The notes: generated from the sequence alone by a model not told the origin. A DNA stretch of 64,000 nucleotides from Eledone cirrhosa (GCA_964016885.1 OZ024754.1:45074001-45138000); one strand, 5' to 3'. Positions 28,113 through 44,235 are shown, counted from the stretch's first letter. Numbers and translations are program-made.

Positions 28113-30834
28113 TGTATGTATGTATGTATGCATTTATGTATGTACGTATGTGTGTATGTATATAAGTATTTATGTATGTTTGTATGTATATATCTATGTA
28201 TGTACGTTCATATGTATGCATTGGTTTTCTCCCTAAAATCTGTCCAGGGATTCTTTCCATCAATATTCTGAAACATGTCCGTAGAATCGGAACTGTGGTC
28301 TTTTAATTCGGAAAAGAAGCGGCTCTACCTGGAGCGACCCCCTTTCTCTCTGAGCTACGACCTCTATCCAGTAACATTATTCCAAAAAAAAAACCCTTCG
28401 ATGGAACCCAATAATCTCACTTCAACACACTATATTATATATGTGTAATTCTACACAGTGTGTGTCTATGTCATTAGTATTCAGAACATACCGTTGAGAT
28501 ATTTTCACTCAGTCATTTTGTTAAACTCTCTCACCTTGAAGAGCAGCACATCATTTCAACTACCTCAATTTCTGAATCTTGCTCCCATCCATCAACATTG
28601 TAAACACAGAAGATCTCTTTTACTACAGACCAGCATCTATGTTGCCATAAATCTAGTAAATTGGTTAACGTTAGCGTAAATTACCTTTACTTTCCAGCCT
28701 GGAAATAGTACACAACCTTTTAAAGAATGTTCTTGTTGCTGTTGTTGTTGTTGTTTATGTCCAGTTGCAATCCCGATCGTTGCAAACCAATAATCAGGGC
28801 AGTTTACAGCCACCCATGACTGTCTCGCCTTCTTCTCTTGCAGTCAGTGTTCTAATACTAGGACTACATTGGTTATTGTGTTTCTATTTATGTAAGGTGG
28901 TGTGGCTTGAGGTAGACTCGGCTGCTATATCTAGCATGTCAAGCTAGTTCATACATTATATATGGTGTGGCTTGATGGAGATTTGACTGCTATATCTAGC
29001 AGGTCTTGCTATATAGCTATGCATTACAGAAATCACTGTATTTTAGGAAAGCATGAATGCCACTACACCTACTACACCTTTGTCGATTGATCATCGGTCG
29101 TGATACCAAATCAAAAGATATCGATATTATTGAATGAGAAGACAATCCAATAAAATATCGAAACATTGATATATCGATATTAAAGAATCAATGGAGAGAA
29201 GCGATGTTAATTTGGCTGTCAGCTTAACTGTGTGTGTATATGTATGGATATATGTGTGTATTTATGTGTGTGTGTTTGTGTGTATGTATGTGTGTATGTA
29301 TGTATATATGTATGTATGTATATATGTATGTATGTGTGTATGTGTGTATGTATGTATGTATGTATATATGTATGCATGCATGTATATATGTATGTATATA
29401 TGTATGTATGTGTGTATGTATGTATGTCTGTTTGTATGTATGTATGTATGTATGTATATATGTATGTATGTATATATATATGTATGTGTGTGTGTGTGTG
29501 TATGTATGTATGTGTGTTTGTATGTATGTATGTATGTATGTATGTATGTATGTATGTATGTATGTATATATGTATGTATGTATGTATGTATATATATATG
29601 TATGTGTGTGTATGTATGTATCTTTGTATATGTGTACGCATGTATGTATGAATTTATATTTGTATATATGTGTGTAAGCATGAATGTTTGTATGTATGTG
29701 TGTATGTGTGTATATAAGATAGATAGATAAATAGAGAGAGATAGAGAGAGAGAGAGAGAGAGTGAGAGAGAGAGAGAGGGAGGGAGAGAGGGAGAGAGAG
29801 AGAGTCAACTAAACTTATAACAACGTCATAGAGTTAATGTTTAACGTTTTGTTATTTGATCTGAGAACAATATTATTATTGTCCCCCCCCCCCTCTCTCT
29901 CTCCTCTTTCTCTTAGTCTCCTTCCACGTCTCTCTCTCTTTGTCGCTCCCTCTTAATATCTTTCCACATCCCCTCCCTCTCTCTCTGCCCTTCTCTCTTC
30001 CTTTCTCTCCCCTATTCTCCCTCTCTCTCGCTCTTATTTTCATCCCTCCCTCTGTTGGTCTCTCTCTCTCTCTCTTTTTCACTCTCACTTTTCTCTGTCT
30101 GTGTATGTCTGATCATGTCTGTGTGTACCTGTGTGTATGTGTGTATGTGTCTATGTGTCTATGTGTGTGTGTGTATGTGTGTATGTGTGTGTGTGTGTGT
30201 ATGTGTGTATGTGTGTATGTGTGTATGTGTCTATGTGTATGTGTGTATGTGTGTATGTGCCTATGTGTCTATGTGTGTGTGTGTATGTGTGTATGTGTGT
30301 ATGTGTGTATGTGTCTATGTGTGTATGTGTGTATGTATGTATTGTTAGAAAGTCGATAATATGATTTCTCTATATTCATTGAAATTACTGGACGTTAGAG
30401 TAAAATAATCCAATTGTTTGAATTAATCCAAATTAATTCTGTAAAGCAGAATTGATGATTAACAAAAGTGTTTCATTGAGATATCAATATAGAAATAATA
30501 GAACTTTTAGTAAATGGCTTCCTTTCTTGGAAGAATTCTACAGTTGAGAGGATTCCTTAAACGATACACATTCTCGTCGTCTCTCCCTTCCTCTACAAAC
30601 ATTCAACTAATTTCTCATCGTCCTTTCATACTAATCCTATCTTTATTTCTCTCTTTCTTTCTTTATTTCTGTTTGTCTCTCTTTTTCTTTTTTCTTCTTT
30701 ATTCTGTCTGTCGTTCTTTCTTTTTTTCTTTCTTTCTTTCGTTCTTTCTTTTCTTCTTTCTTTCTTTCGTTCTCTCTGTCTTTTCTTCTTCCAAACTTTC
30801 GTTCTATCCTTCTTTCTTTCTTTCTTTCTTTTCT

Positions 30835-30930
<96 letters not shown>

Positions 30931-31018
30931 TGCCTTCCTTCTTTCTATCCTTCTTTCATTGATTCTTTCTTTGAAAAGTTGTTTTCTCTTCCTCTCTACC
31001 TCTCCACGCCTCCACTCG

Positions 31019-31102
<84 letters not shown>

Positions 31103-31437
31103 CGAAACCGTTCTGCACGCAATTGTTCAGTGCCCAGGGGTGACCGACCTGTGGAATAATGTCCAACAGCTACTGTCACGTGTGAGAATCATGACTTGCC
31201 TAGACGCCATTTTTCATTGATGTCTTTATGTTGAAATATCATGGTAGATATATTATTGAATTATATAACATCAGACTGTAACTTACTCTTGTTGACTGCT
31301 GGGATGTCCAGAAATATTGGATAATAGAATGGATGTGACGAGGAGCTTTATATCTATCTATACATCTTGCTATCTATCCAGTTATCTATCTATCCATATC
31401 CCCCCACCCTCTCTCTAACAATTACTCTCTATCTGAC

Positions 31438-31481
<44 letters not shown>

Positions 31482-31518
31482 TCACTCCTTCGCCATAATA
31501 AATGAATATTTAAACTAT

Positions 31519-31574
<56 letters not shown>

Positions 31575-31604
31575 CTTTTATTAAGGTTAAATAGTGAGTC
31601 TTAT

Positions 31605-31673
<69 letters not shown>

Positions 31674-32127
31674 GCAACGCTCATGTTAACTAGCTTAACA
31701 TAACATTGCCTCACCGACGTACAATCCTGTTGAAGATATTTTGTGAACCACCAGTGACATCGCTATTATTCTTTCGACTGGTGTAACGTGAAAAAAAGTG
31801 TCTTGTTTAAGGACACAGCGCGCTGTCTTTAACTGAAATCGAACTTACGACCTTGCGATCAAAAGCCCAGCCCTTTACCCATTTAGTCAGGCGTTTTCAC
31901 CAGCGAGACAGAACAATAAAACACGTAATTCATTAGATCGACTTTGTACACTATTAAAGCTAATGAAGATCACTCATTAATTTACCGCCGCTGAGATCTC
32001 CCTTGTAAAATCAAAGTGAATTCGCCATTATTGTTTCTCAGCGCCGAACAAATTGCGTTGCACGTAATCTTATGAAAGACATCACTTTATGAGGGGCTTG
32101 CATCAAACACACATACACACATACAGA

Positions 32128-32170
<43 letters not shown>

Positions 32171-32284
32171 ATACAGACTCACACACACACACAGACACAC
32201 ATACACACATACAGACTCACATACACACACATACACATAAACATACAGACACACACACACACACATACACATACAGACTCACAC

Positions 32285-32335
<51 letters not shown>

Positions 32336-33007
32336 TACACACACAGACACACACATACACATACTCATACACATACGCATACATAGTCTCACATAGACAC
32401 ACACACCCTCTCTCTCTCACACACATACACATACACACAGACACTCTCACACACATACGCAAACACACACAGTCACTCACACACACATACACACTCCCTC
32501 TCTCTCTCTAATTCCCGCTTTCCTCTCTAATTAACCTCTCCCTCTTTCCCTCCTCCTCTCCCTAACTCACTGTAGCAACTCTCTCTCTCTTCCTCCTCTC
32601 TCTTTATATCCGCTCTTCCTCTAAATCATCCCCCTCTCTCTAACTCTTCATTCTGATTCTCCTTCTCTCTCTCTCACTCACTCTCTCTCATTCTCTTACA
32701 ACCTATCTCACTTCCACTCTCTTTCTACTCTTATATTTGTCTCTCTCACTCTCTTTCCCTTATCCCCCCCTCTCTGACTAACTCTCTCTCCTTCTCTAAC
32801 ACCTCCACCTTCTCTCTGTTTCTATCACTTTCCCCCTCTCCCTCTCTTTCTCTCTGTCTGTATGTCTCTCTCTCTCCCCCTCTCTCTCTATCTCTACCTT
32901 TACGTAACAGTATATTATATATATGTTCGGTTTTACGTATATCTAGGTGTATGTATGTGTGTGTCAGTGATTATGTATGTGTGCGTGTTTGTGTATATAT
33001 ACACGCC

Positions 33008-33062
<55 letters not shown>

Positions 33063-33784
33063 TGTCGGTAGCCATAAAACTGTGATAACAGAAGTACATT
33101 TAGTCGGCTTTTAGCTGAGAACAGCAGAATTATGTGGGAGGAAACGGTTGGTGGTGGTGGTGTTGTTGATGTTGTTGTTGGTGGTGGTGGTGGTGGTGGT
33201 GGTGGTGTTGTTGATGTTGGTGGTGATGGTGATGATGATGGTAATAGGTATATGGGTAATCAAATGAAAGCATCTTTAACTTTATCACCGTCATAAATAT
33301 CCTCATCCCTCTACCTTACCCCTTTCCTCCTCCTTCTCCCCCTCCTCTCCCCCTCCCCCTTCTCATACTCCTCTCCCTTCCCCCACCCCTCCTCTGTCTC
33401 TCTCACTATAGTAACACAATCAAAGAAGTCAACACATTTAATATATTTCACTTAATAAAAGGGGCTTGGGATGTTGGATACGACAACTGATGTAAATGCT
33501 GCCGGGTTAACAGTGAAGATGTCAGCCATATCATAAACTACTGTCGTCTGAAATTATTAATATCACAATATCTATCTACCTATGAGACACGACGCCAAGA
33601 CCGAAACGTTATACAATGTAAACTAGCAATCATAGTCCAGAAGAAAATTAAATGATTTACAATGGTATGGACAATACAGTTAGAAAGTTCCTGGCAACCC
33701 TTTTGTAAAATCTAGGCATAAGAGACCAAAGATCTGGGACAGAAAAAAGAAGCGGAAATGTGAAAAAGGAAAGTGTATGCTGAA

Positions 33785-33976
33785 ATAATTGTTTCTACGT
33801 TTGGCTCAGGCCCAGCTATTTGAAGAGGAGGGGAATATCGATTGAGTCTCAGTACGTTACTGGTACTTTATTTTATCGATCCTGCAATGATGAAAGGCAA
33901 AGCTAACCTTGGCAGGATTTGAACTGAGAACGTAAAGGGGCATAACTGTCACTCTAACGATACTACCAACCCCCGC
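33785..33976 (-). mobile_element. tRNA-derived SINE, main family
   Basis: Reverse-complement core and B box. Confidence 0.8.
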
Positions 33977-34468
33977 TCTTCTATGACAAATTAATGAGAC
34001 ACGACACAGCTTATAACTTTAGATTAGACTTGTAATTATTGGGAGAGTTGAGTAAATAACTAACTAGCTCAGCACAATCCTAAGATATCGTGTGTGACAA
34101 AAGAGAAAAAACACTAAGTCAGGAAATTACATACATTAACAGCGTGAAAATATATAAAATATATAAAAAGTTTCTAGAGATATATTCTTATAAGAGTTGC
34201 ATATTCATATGCAAACTTACATAAATTTGCTTATGTACATACTCATAAATCTACACACACATATTCACACATCTAAGGTCATGCATACATATTTACATGC
34301 ACATGTACTGCCAAAACAGGCATCCATCTACATAACCCCCACCACCACCACTCGCACACAGACACACAGACACACACAATATATATATATATATATATAT
34401 AAATGAGTATACAAAGACATACATACGTACAACTTATTCAATTGCATAACACAGCACACCATATATCT

Positions 34469-34546
<78 letters not shown>

Positions 34547-34741
34547 ACACACACACACACACACTCTTACACACACTTCCCTTTTATTAACATATACAAA
34601 CACAATACACTACTACCATCTACACACTTCTGACATTCCTACATAAGCTATACACACTAATACACATACATCAATGTACTCCAAACACTTACCTTTACAC
34701 ACGGTTATTTGCACACAACTCACCCAGCTACACACTAGCTA

Positions 34742-35047
34742 TACCTACACACATATACATAAAATAATACACACACACACACTGGAGACACCTACATATA
34801 TATACATAAAATAATACACACACACACACTGGAGACACCTACATATATATAGATAAAATAATACACACACACACACACACACTGGAGACACCTACATATA
34901 TATACATAAAATAATACATACACACACACTGGAGACACCTACATATATATACATAAAATAATACACACACACACACTGGAGACACCTACATATATATACA
35001 TAAAATAATACATACACACACACTGGAGACACCTACATATATATACA
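34742..35047. repeat. Minisatellite of about 48-52 bp x 6 with an internal (CA)n
   Basis: Repeated ctggagacacctacatatatatacataaaataata(ca)n. Confidence 0.88.
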
Positions 35048-36257
35048 ACAATATACAGACAATTCAAATGTATCTACACGCACCACACATTCCCACATAC
35101 AGATTAAATATATGCATAGACACACTAAATAGGCAGGTACATAGCACTACACACACTCACACCTACAGGCTCCACACATACAAAAACACAAATGCCCCCC
35201 CCCCACACAACAGATACGTACCACATACACCTACATCACACACATATGTAGCACATTGGTCCCACATTTCTACACAGAGTATGTACCTGCACCTTTAATA
35301 CTCACATTTACACTCCCATCATGTAGATTCCCTCAACCCCTACAAACATTATATATCTACATAGATAATATCCTCTACCCTCACACGTACACATATCTAG
35401 ACATTAACTACAAACCAATTGAGAAATATTCTAGCCAACGACCCATTCGCCAAATAAGAAATATATTAAGTGAGCTTAAGTTTTGAAATGGTGAAAGTTT
35501 TGATTTCGGTTTAAGAAATTGTTTCGCATCTCTACATTTTTATAAATCGATTTCCACTTTCTTGTCAGAAGTATGTGTTTCTTGAAATCACAAGCGTCAT
35601 TAAAACTAGACCAACCTATATTAGTTTAAAAGCACTTATTTTGGAAAGATCATTGCGGGAACGGCTCATAAAACATGGCGGCGAATTTATAATTTCCATA
35701 GCCAAAAAATAAAATAAAAAAACAAACAGAAGCAAAACAAAATAAAATACAAAACAAAAACAAATAACCCCCAAAACAAGCAAAACAAAATAAAATAACC
35801 CCCCCCCCCCCCCAAAAAAAAATAGCCCCTGCAAAACAGGAATAAAACAAATATAATAATAACAATAATAATAACAATAACAATAAAAAAGCCGCAACAT
35901 AAATGGCGTGCTGGTATAGTAGTGATAGGTCACTGACGTATATGAAACATTTTACTGCAAGAATATTTAAATTCCGTCCTCGAAAAAAAAAAATAATGTC
36001 AGGCTTCTATAGAAGAAATACTTGGAGATGTCTTATGATCAAATACCTGGAGATATCTTACGGAGATGTTCAGATGATATGTGCTGTTCAAAAATCTGTG
36101 AGGTGTTTAAATTCGTTCAAGTGTTCAAATTATGTTTAAATATTCTCAAGTGTTGAAATTCTGTTGACGATCAAGTTTGCTTTTTAAAAGATTATTTTTA
36201 ATTTTCTAGGAGGAAAATATATTAGAATCTAATATAGTACCATTATCTACTCAAGAT

Positions 36258-36444
36258 GGCGGTGGATTGGCAGTATCGGTAGAGGTTCGGACGCCATGCT
36301 TTGACGCATAGAGTTACGGCCCTTGCCATTCTGAGTTCAAATCCCGCCGAGGTTAACTTTGCCTTTCATCCTTACGGGGTCGATAAAATAAAGTACCAGT
36401 AATGTACTGGGTAATTTTCTGGCCTTGTGCCAATAGTAGAAACA
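36258..36444 (+). mobile_element. Full-length tRNA-derived SINE with target-site duplication
   Basis: A-box-like TGGCAGTATCGG, B-box GAGTTCAAATCC, core GCCTTTCATCCTTACGGGGTCGATAAAATAAAGTACCAG and tail ggccttgtgcc..tagaaacaatt. Flanked by the direct repeat attatctactcaagatgg (36242-36259 and 36445-36462). Confidence 0.9.
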
Positions 36445-37404
36445 ATTATCTACTCAAGATGGGTGGCGAATTAGCCGAATCCTTAAAGTTCTAGTTCATT
36501 GCAAACAGATTATTTAAAAATGTGATTGAACCCAGAAACTGTGGTTGAGTAAGAAACTCCTTAACCATAGAGCCATGTCTGTCGATAAAACATTTTCTAT
36601 TAATAAAATCACATCAGAAATTTTTAAAATTTGAGGGTTCTGTCAGAATGTTAATTGTTCAATACTTATCTGGCAATGGAATCACCAGAATCTAGAGAGG
36701 CCACGTGCTGTTAGCTTAATTGAATTCAATGATCTAAAAGATACGCAACTTCGATGGCGATGGAATGAATTCATTGATTACCGTGTAGAATATGATGTCG
36801 ATGATGATGTTGCTATTGTTGTTGGTGGTGTTTTATTAGAAGCCTGTTATTATTTCCAATTATGTGTATGTATATGTGTGTATGTATGTATATGTGTATA
36901 TGTATGAATGTAGGCGGCAAATTGGCAGAGTCGTTAGAACGTCGGATAAAAATATTTGTGGCATTCTTTTCGGCGCTCTACTATCTGAGTTCAAATCCCA
37001 CCGAGGTCAACCTTGCCTTTCGTTTCAGTCAAGGACATCAGAAGCCGATGCAGAGTCTAACTGACTAAATTTGTTTTTCATTATAAATAAATTAGCAGTC
37101 GATTCTTACTTTATATCTCTTTCTCACTTGCATTCTTTAACATCCACCCATACACTCTTTCTCTCCATATTTCTCTCCAATTTTCTCTCCATTTTTCTCT
37201 CAACCCATGCTCTCTCTCTCTCCCCCTCCCTCCCTCTCTCCCTCCCTCTCTCTCTTTCTCTCCCGATGAAATTAGCTGCGTTCAGACATGGAAAGAGATG
37301 GGCTTCGGTAGCTTTAAAATGCCCAAGAAACGCTGTATAACCACCATGGTGCCACACAATGACCCCACCAGAAGTTACGGGTTCATAAACACATCCAAAA
37401 ATGA

Positions 37405-37596
37405 CTTCTAATTTAGGCACAAGGCCAGCAATTTTGGTGACGGGAAAGTCGATTAAATCGACCCCAGTACATTACTGAAACTTTATGTTATCGACCCCGT
37501 AAGGATGAAAGGCAAAGCTAACTTCGGCGGGATTTGAACTCAGAACGTAAAAGGACGTACCTATGTCGCTCTACCGATTTTACCAGTCCACCTCCC
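37405..37596 (-). mobile_element. tRNA-derived SINE, main family
   Basis: Reverse-complement tail, core and B box. Partial copies lie nearby at about 36912-37025 (+) and 38822-38939 (-). Confidence 0.8.
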
Positions 37597-38022
37597 TTAG
37601 ATACATTCATAAATGACCAATATAAAGTAGGTCAAATCATTACACACACAAATGACCTACAACATTTTGATGACAGGTGTATATATGAGGTGAGTGAGAG
37701 GTAATGTGCATATAAACCTGGTCATAATATGACAGGTGAAGTCACTTTTCCCTGTTTACCTCGTACTGTACGGAATATAGTTTCAATCATATATACTTGC
37801 TTGTCCAAGTAAGGTTGACATGGCGTATCATTGGAACTCAGACACAGAGTGAATTATTGAAGCAAAAACAACAAAAAAACCCAACCAAAAATACAACAAG
37901 AAACAAACTTGGAAAAAAATATACATGAATAGACCAACTTAGCCTTCTCTCGCTCTCTCTCTCTCTCTCTCCGTCTTTCTCTCTCTCCCCCTCTTTCTCT
38001 CCACACATACGCATACACATAC

Positions 38023-38088
<66 letters not shown>

Positions 38089-38939
38089 GTTTACATTCTC
38101 TTTTGAGCTCTTCCCACCTAGTCGCATAGATTTTACACACACAAATACCTACACACTAATACATACATACACAACACACACACACATACATACATATATA
38201 GATACATGCATATATAGAGAGATAGATAGACAGAAAGTTAGATAGATAGATAGATACATGCATATGTACATATATAGAAGTAAATACACACACACACATA
38301 TGTAAGTGTGTGTGTGAATGTTTCAACAATATTTTTTAAAATAACTCCGTTCCTATATATATCTATAAATGTTTGTCTCTTAGTTTGACTGTACTTCTTT
38401 CTATTCTATCATTTCTCTCGTCAGCCATCTTACTCGCAACATGATCTATATCAATCATAAATTCAACCATCCGACCATCTAACATAACATTCCAATAGTC
38501 CATTCCTTCATCTTTATCTCCCTCTCTATCGTTCATGTTATCTCTCTCTACCCCCTCTCTCTCTCTCTATCACTCCCACTTTCGCTCTCTCTCTGCTTGC
38601 CTGCCGAGTTTTCTTTAAAAAAAAAGTCTGTTTCTTCTTTTACATAGTCTAATCTATCGTTCTATATTTTCCTCCGTCCTTACTTCTATGTTCCGAAGAA
38701 GGACTCACGCCCGAAAGAAGTGAACAATCTTTTCCAACGCTATAAAACATCAAACTAAAAATATAAATAAATGATGACCAAGGAGAAAGGTGGAAAAGGT
38801 GAAGGTGGAGGAAAACAATAATGGGTTCTTATATAGGCACAAGGCCAGCAATTTTGGGGAGGGGAAAGACGATTAAATCGACCCCAGTGCGTGACTTTTA
38901 TCTACTCCGTAAGGATGAAAGGCAAAGTTAACCTCGGCA

Positions 38940-38970
<31 letters not shown>

Positions 38971-40299
38971 AAGAAGAAGAAGAAGAAGAAGAAGAAGAAG
39001 AAAGAAAGAAAGTAAGTAACTTAACATATGTGTCTTATATAAAATTATGTTGGAATATTTTAATTTGAAACTCTTTGGTTTCGTTTTATAAAACCTCATC
39101 CAATTTTGTCCAGTTTTGTATAAAAAATCTTAATGGAGAATTTAGATGGATTAACTAAAATTATTAATTATTTCATTACTAAGAAATAAACGTATCATAT
39201 GAATTTTATATATAATTATGTTGGAAGATTTTAATTTAAATAGGAACCCTTTAAAATATGTGGTTTCCGTTCATAGAACCTGGGGCAGTTTTGTGTGAAA
39301 AGGGCTAAAATGTTATTGAAAACAAAAGGGCCAAACTATCTGAAAAGACCTCGAGGAAACTAATATAGACAAACGAAACAGTCACAAAGGATTTCTGTTG
39401 AATACAGAAGAAAGAGAGGGAATGAGGAGAAGGAGGAGGAGAAGGAGAAGAAGAAGAAGAAGAAGAAGAAGAAGGCAAAGAAGAAGATGACGAGGACGAC
39501 AGGTTGTATTGTTAGGTGACGGAGGGGTGTGAAGTGGTGCCGTTCTATGTTAAGATGTCCATTATTTGGTAGACATTATGTCTAGATGTTGTCTCTCATA
39601 ATTCATCATCTTTCTCTTCTACTTTCTCCATTAAAATAAATCATTGACAACGTTTATCCCAATACCGTCCTATATCCCGTTTTACATCTTTCATTATTAT
39701 ATAATAAGCGCGTGATTATATATATATGTGTGTGTGTGTGTCCGTCCTGTGTGTGTGCATATATATATATATATATATAATATATATATATTATATATAT
39801 ATATAATATATATATATATAATATATATTATATATAATATATATATAATATATATATAATATATATATAATATATATATATATAATATATATTATATATA
39901 TATATATAATATTTCTTCAGAAATAATGATTATTTCTGTAGGGAAGACGTATGTATATTTTCTTACTTTGATAATTTGTAATATATTTTACATAGATCAC
40001 TAATGGAATGAACATACGGAGAACTACTCCCCCCCCCCCCCCCCGAGAAAAAACGATCGTAAAATAATGAGTTTTACTATGAATTACCCGTATTTTGTTT
40101 AATTTCATTGTTTTCACTATTTGTATTATTTTAACTCTGCTTCCAATTATATCGTTTAAATTTTGTATTTTAAACTTTGCTTCACGACATCTTCTACGGA
40201 TTACATTGAGTTCTTCATACGGTTTGGACCCTACCATTAATTGGTGGATTTATCTGTGTATATATATATACACACATATATATATATTTGCAGCTGCGA

Positions 40300-40386
<87 letters not shown>

Positions 40387-40421
40387 CATATATGTATATA
40401 TATATATATTTGCAGCTGCGA

Positions 40422-40519
<98 letters not shown>

Positions 40520-40559
40520 GTATATACATATATGTATATATATATATTTGCAGCTGCGA

Positions 40560-40614
<55 letters not shown>

Positions 40615-41401
40615 TAATCTATAAATGCTTTCTTCAGGACTAGAAATGTTTAATTCAAAAGCTATCATCAGGGGTCTCCTGAGGATTTCTTTTGAATGAA
40701 ACAGTTCTAGTCCTGTAGAAGTCATTTCTATATCAACCCATGATATTTACACTACACTAATGTATTGAGTAACTTACTAAATTTCGTTAGAGAGGCTGTC
40801 ATGCCCTTACCATGACTGAAGGGTCCTTTGTTTGGCAAGCTTTCTTCGTCAAACATTTTACAGCGTCTACTGGGTACATTTAGCGGATATACATCATACA
40901 CACATGCATATATGCATACATATATACATATATACATATATACATACATACGTACATACATATATACATGCATGCGTACATACATACTTACGTACAAACA
41001 TATATACATACATGCATACGTACAAACCTAAATATACATATAATACATACATACACACATACATACATGCATACATACACGCCTACGTAAAAACATACAT
41101 ACGTACACATGTGTACACATAATGACATATGTCGTACATACAGACTTCTTCGTGGGTGCACACAGTCCTTAACAGACATCCAATACAGAAATAAGTTAAT
41201 CAATATGTAAAACAAGTTTTACATTAAGTCTGACACATGTTTGATTCGAAGGAATTGAAACAAAATTGAAAATTACAATGAAAACACATGTTATACATAT
41301 TACTATACACACTACCAACTGGGCCTCACAACCTAATGCTCCACTTGACTCCAGTCATTCACTCTACTCCTTCACTATATACAATATACAATGGATATAG
41401 G

Positions 41402-41451
<50 letters not shown>

Positions 41452-41734
41452 TATATATGTGTATATATGTATTGAGGAAGGCGAGGCTGTGTGGTTACCG
41501 ATACCGACTGTTAGAAGGTAAGGCGACACAAATAGGTTGTTTACTACGGATCATGGATGTTTCGGCGCATTATGAACAGAACATCTATCCATAGCACGCC
41601 CATAGCCTTTTATCTATCAAAACGCCATGAGGGAAATAAGTGATAGCGAAGAGAGAGAAAGAAAGAAGAAAAACAAATATATATATATATTTTTTTTTTC
41701 TTCTCTTTTTTTCTTTTGCTCGGAGCCGGTGCTA

Positions 41735-42210
41735 CAGTAAAGCCCGATATTGGATATTGAGACAGGACCCTTTGCCAGAGAGGAGCTTCAGAGAGCCAAG
41801 GAGAAAATCAAGGAGGGCAAGGCCCATGGAGAAGATGGAGTGGCCTCAGATGTGATGAAGAGGTGTGATTTTGATGATATCAACCTGGAGTTCTGTAGCC
41901 AGGCACTGGGGAAAAGAGTTGCACGGGATCAGTGAAGGATCAGTAACATCGTCCCAGAACTACAGAAGGGAGATCTCTCTAACACCAACAACTACAGGGG
42001 AATCTCACTGACGTCACTTATGGCAAAGATCTTCAACAGGATAATTCTTATCAGCATCCAGCCCGAGATGGAGAAGAAGTTCAGGGACAACCAGGACGGC
42101 TTCAGAGAGGGAAGATCATCCACCAGTCACATCCTGATGTTGAGGAGGATATTAGAAGAAGCTAGAGCACAGATCCTCTACAGGATAATTCTTAACAGTA
42201 TCCAGCCCGT
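41735..42210 (+). mobile_element. RTE-type LINE reverse-transcriptase N-terminal fragment (pseudogenised)
   Basis: FAREELQRAKEKIKEGKAHGEDGV...*...KGDLSNTNNYRGISLTSLMAKIFNRIIL...RDNQDGFREGRSSTSHILMLRRILE. Confidence 0.85.
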
Positions 42211-42442
42211 ATACAAGCATTCACAGACATATTTATATAACTATAAGTGTAACATAAAATAATGTAATTATCTCAATGCTATCACGTTGTTCATCTGCTA
42301 TATAATAATAAAGGAGTTGTATAGATTTTAATGATAAAATAACATAAACAAGTGGAACAGATCTAATTCATCTCCGAAACAGAAACATAGATTCTTTTTA
42401 AGAAGTAGGCAAAGTTTTTGTGTATGTGTATATATGTGTGTA

Positions 42443-42484
<42 letters not shown>

Positions 42485-42632
42485 AATGGCCAGGGGGAGG
42501 ACATCATATATAACATATACACAGCAAAGTAGTGAGAAGTTTTGAGTAGTTAATGAAAATAAAACGACCAACAATAACAACAATAATAAGAATCATGTTA
42601 AACAATACACACTACCACGATGTAAACACTTA

Positions 42633-42704
<72 letters not shown>

Positions 42705-43185
42705 CATATATATATGTATATATGTATATATATATACATATATATATATATATGTATGCATATATATATGTATATATGTATATATGTATATATATATATA
42801 TATATACACGCAGATACATATCCACACACACAACACACACATACACACACACACACACACACTCACACACGCACAACTACACACACAGACATATTCGCGG
42901 AATGCATCACCTTTAAAACTTTAGCCATAAACTTCGATCTAACGAGGTTCAGTAAAAGTCTATTGTAAGACTTGTAGTGAAGTAATTGTTGTAGTTGTTG
43001 ACTACAAAGTCACTCCTGTAGGTATGTAAATACTATTGAATCCATGTTGTTCTTGTTATTGTGGACTTATATGTTGTTTCCCTGGATGGTTTCTGGGATT
43101 CCTCGTTTCTGGGATTCCTCGTTTCTGAGATTCCTCGTTTTTCTTTCAAAGATTCCTTCGTGTTTGGAAATTCATTTGCCTGTCC

Positions 43186-43750
43186 TTTTACGGGCTGAGT
43201 TCAAATCCTGTCAATGTTAACTTTGCATTTCATCCTTACGGGGTCGATAAAATAAAGTACCAGTAATGTACTGGGGTAATTGCTGGCCTTGTGCCAAAAG
43301 TAGAAACAATTATTATTATTATTATTATTATTATTATAGATTGGCAGTATTGGTAGAGGGTCAGACACCATGCTTTGCAGCATAGAGTTATGGCCCTTTA
43401 TGATCTGAGTTCAAATCCCGCCGAGGTCAACTTCACCTTTCATCCTTATGGCGTCGATAAAATAAAGTACCAGTCATGCACTGGGGTCGATTTAATCGAG
43501 TTCCCCTTCGCCTAATATTGCTGGCTTTGTGTCTATATAAAAAAAACTTTTATTATTATTATAGATTGGCAATATCGGTAGAGAGTCAGGCACCATGATT
43601 TGCAGCATAGAGTTACGGCCCTTTACGATCTGAGTTCAATCCCGCCAAGGTTAACTTTGCCTTTCATCCTTACGGGGTCGATAAAATAAAGTACCAGTAA
43701 TACACTGGGATAATTGCTGACCTTGTGCCAAAAGTAGAAACAATTATTAT
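43186..43750 (+). mobile_element. Three head-to-tail SINE copies
   Basis: Three cores (about 43225, 43435 and 43660), each ending in an (ATT)n tail. The first copy is 5'-truncated. Confidence 0.88.
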
Positions 43751-44080
43751 AATATCTCTTATTCCATGTTGTTGTTGATGTAATTATTGTTGTTGTTGTA
43801 TATTTTATTATTGTAATTTCTCTTATTCCATGGTGTGATGTTGTTGTTAGTTTATTTGTCATATGTTTAGTTGTAGAATTTGATTCTCTTCATCTGAAAT
43901 ACAAGAAAACATCTCTAGAGTGGAAATATAGACAAAAAGAAAGAAGACTGGAATAAAATTACCTCAAGTTCGTGCCGCTATATATTTTCAATTAACTAAG
44001 AATATGTGTTGGAAAATGGCCGGAAACTGAGTTGCCTCATTAATATCAGCAGTAATTCGCCGACATTGTCACTTCTACAC

Positions 44081-44182
<102 letters not shown>

Positions 44183-44235
44183 GTATATATATTCATATAT
44201 GTTTATATATATGTTTAAATATATATTTGTATATG

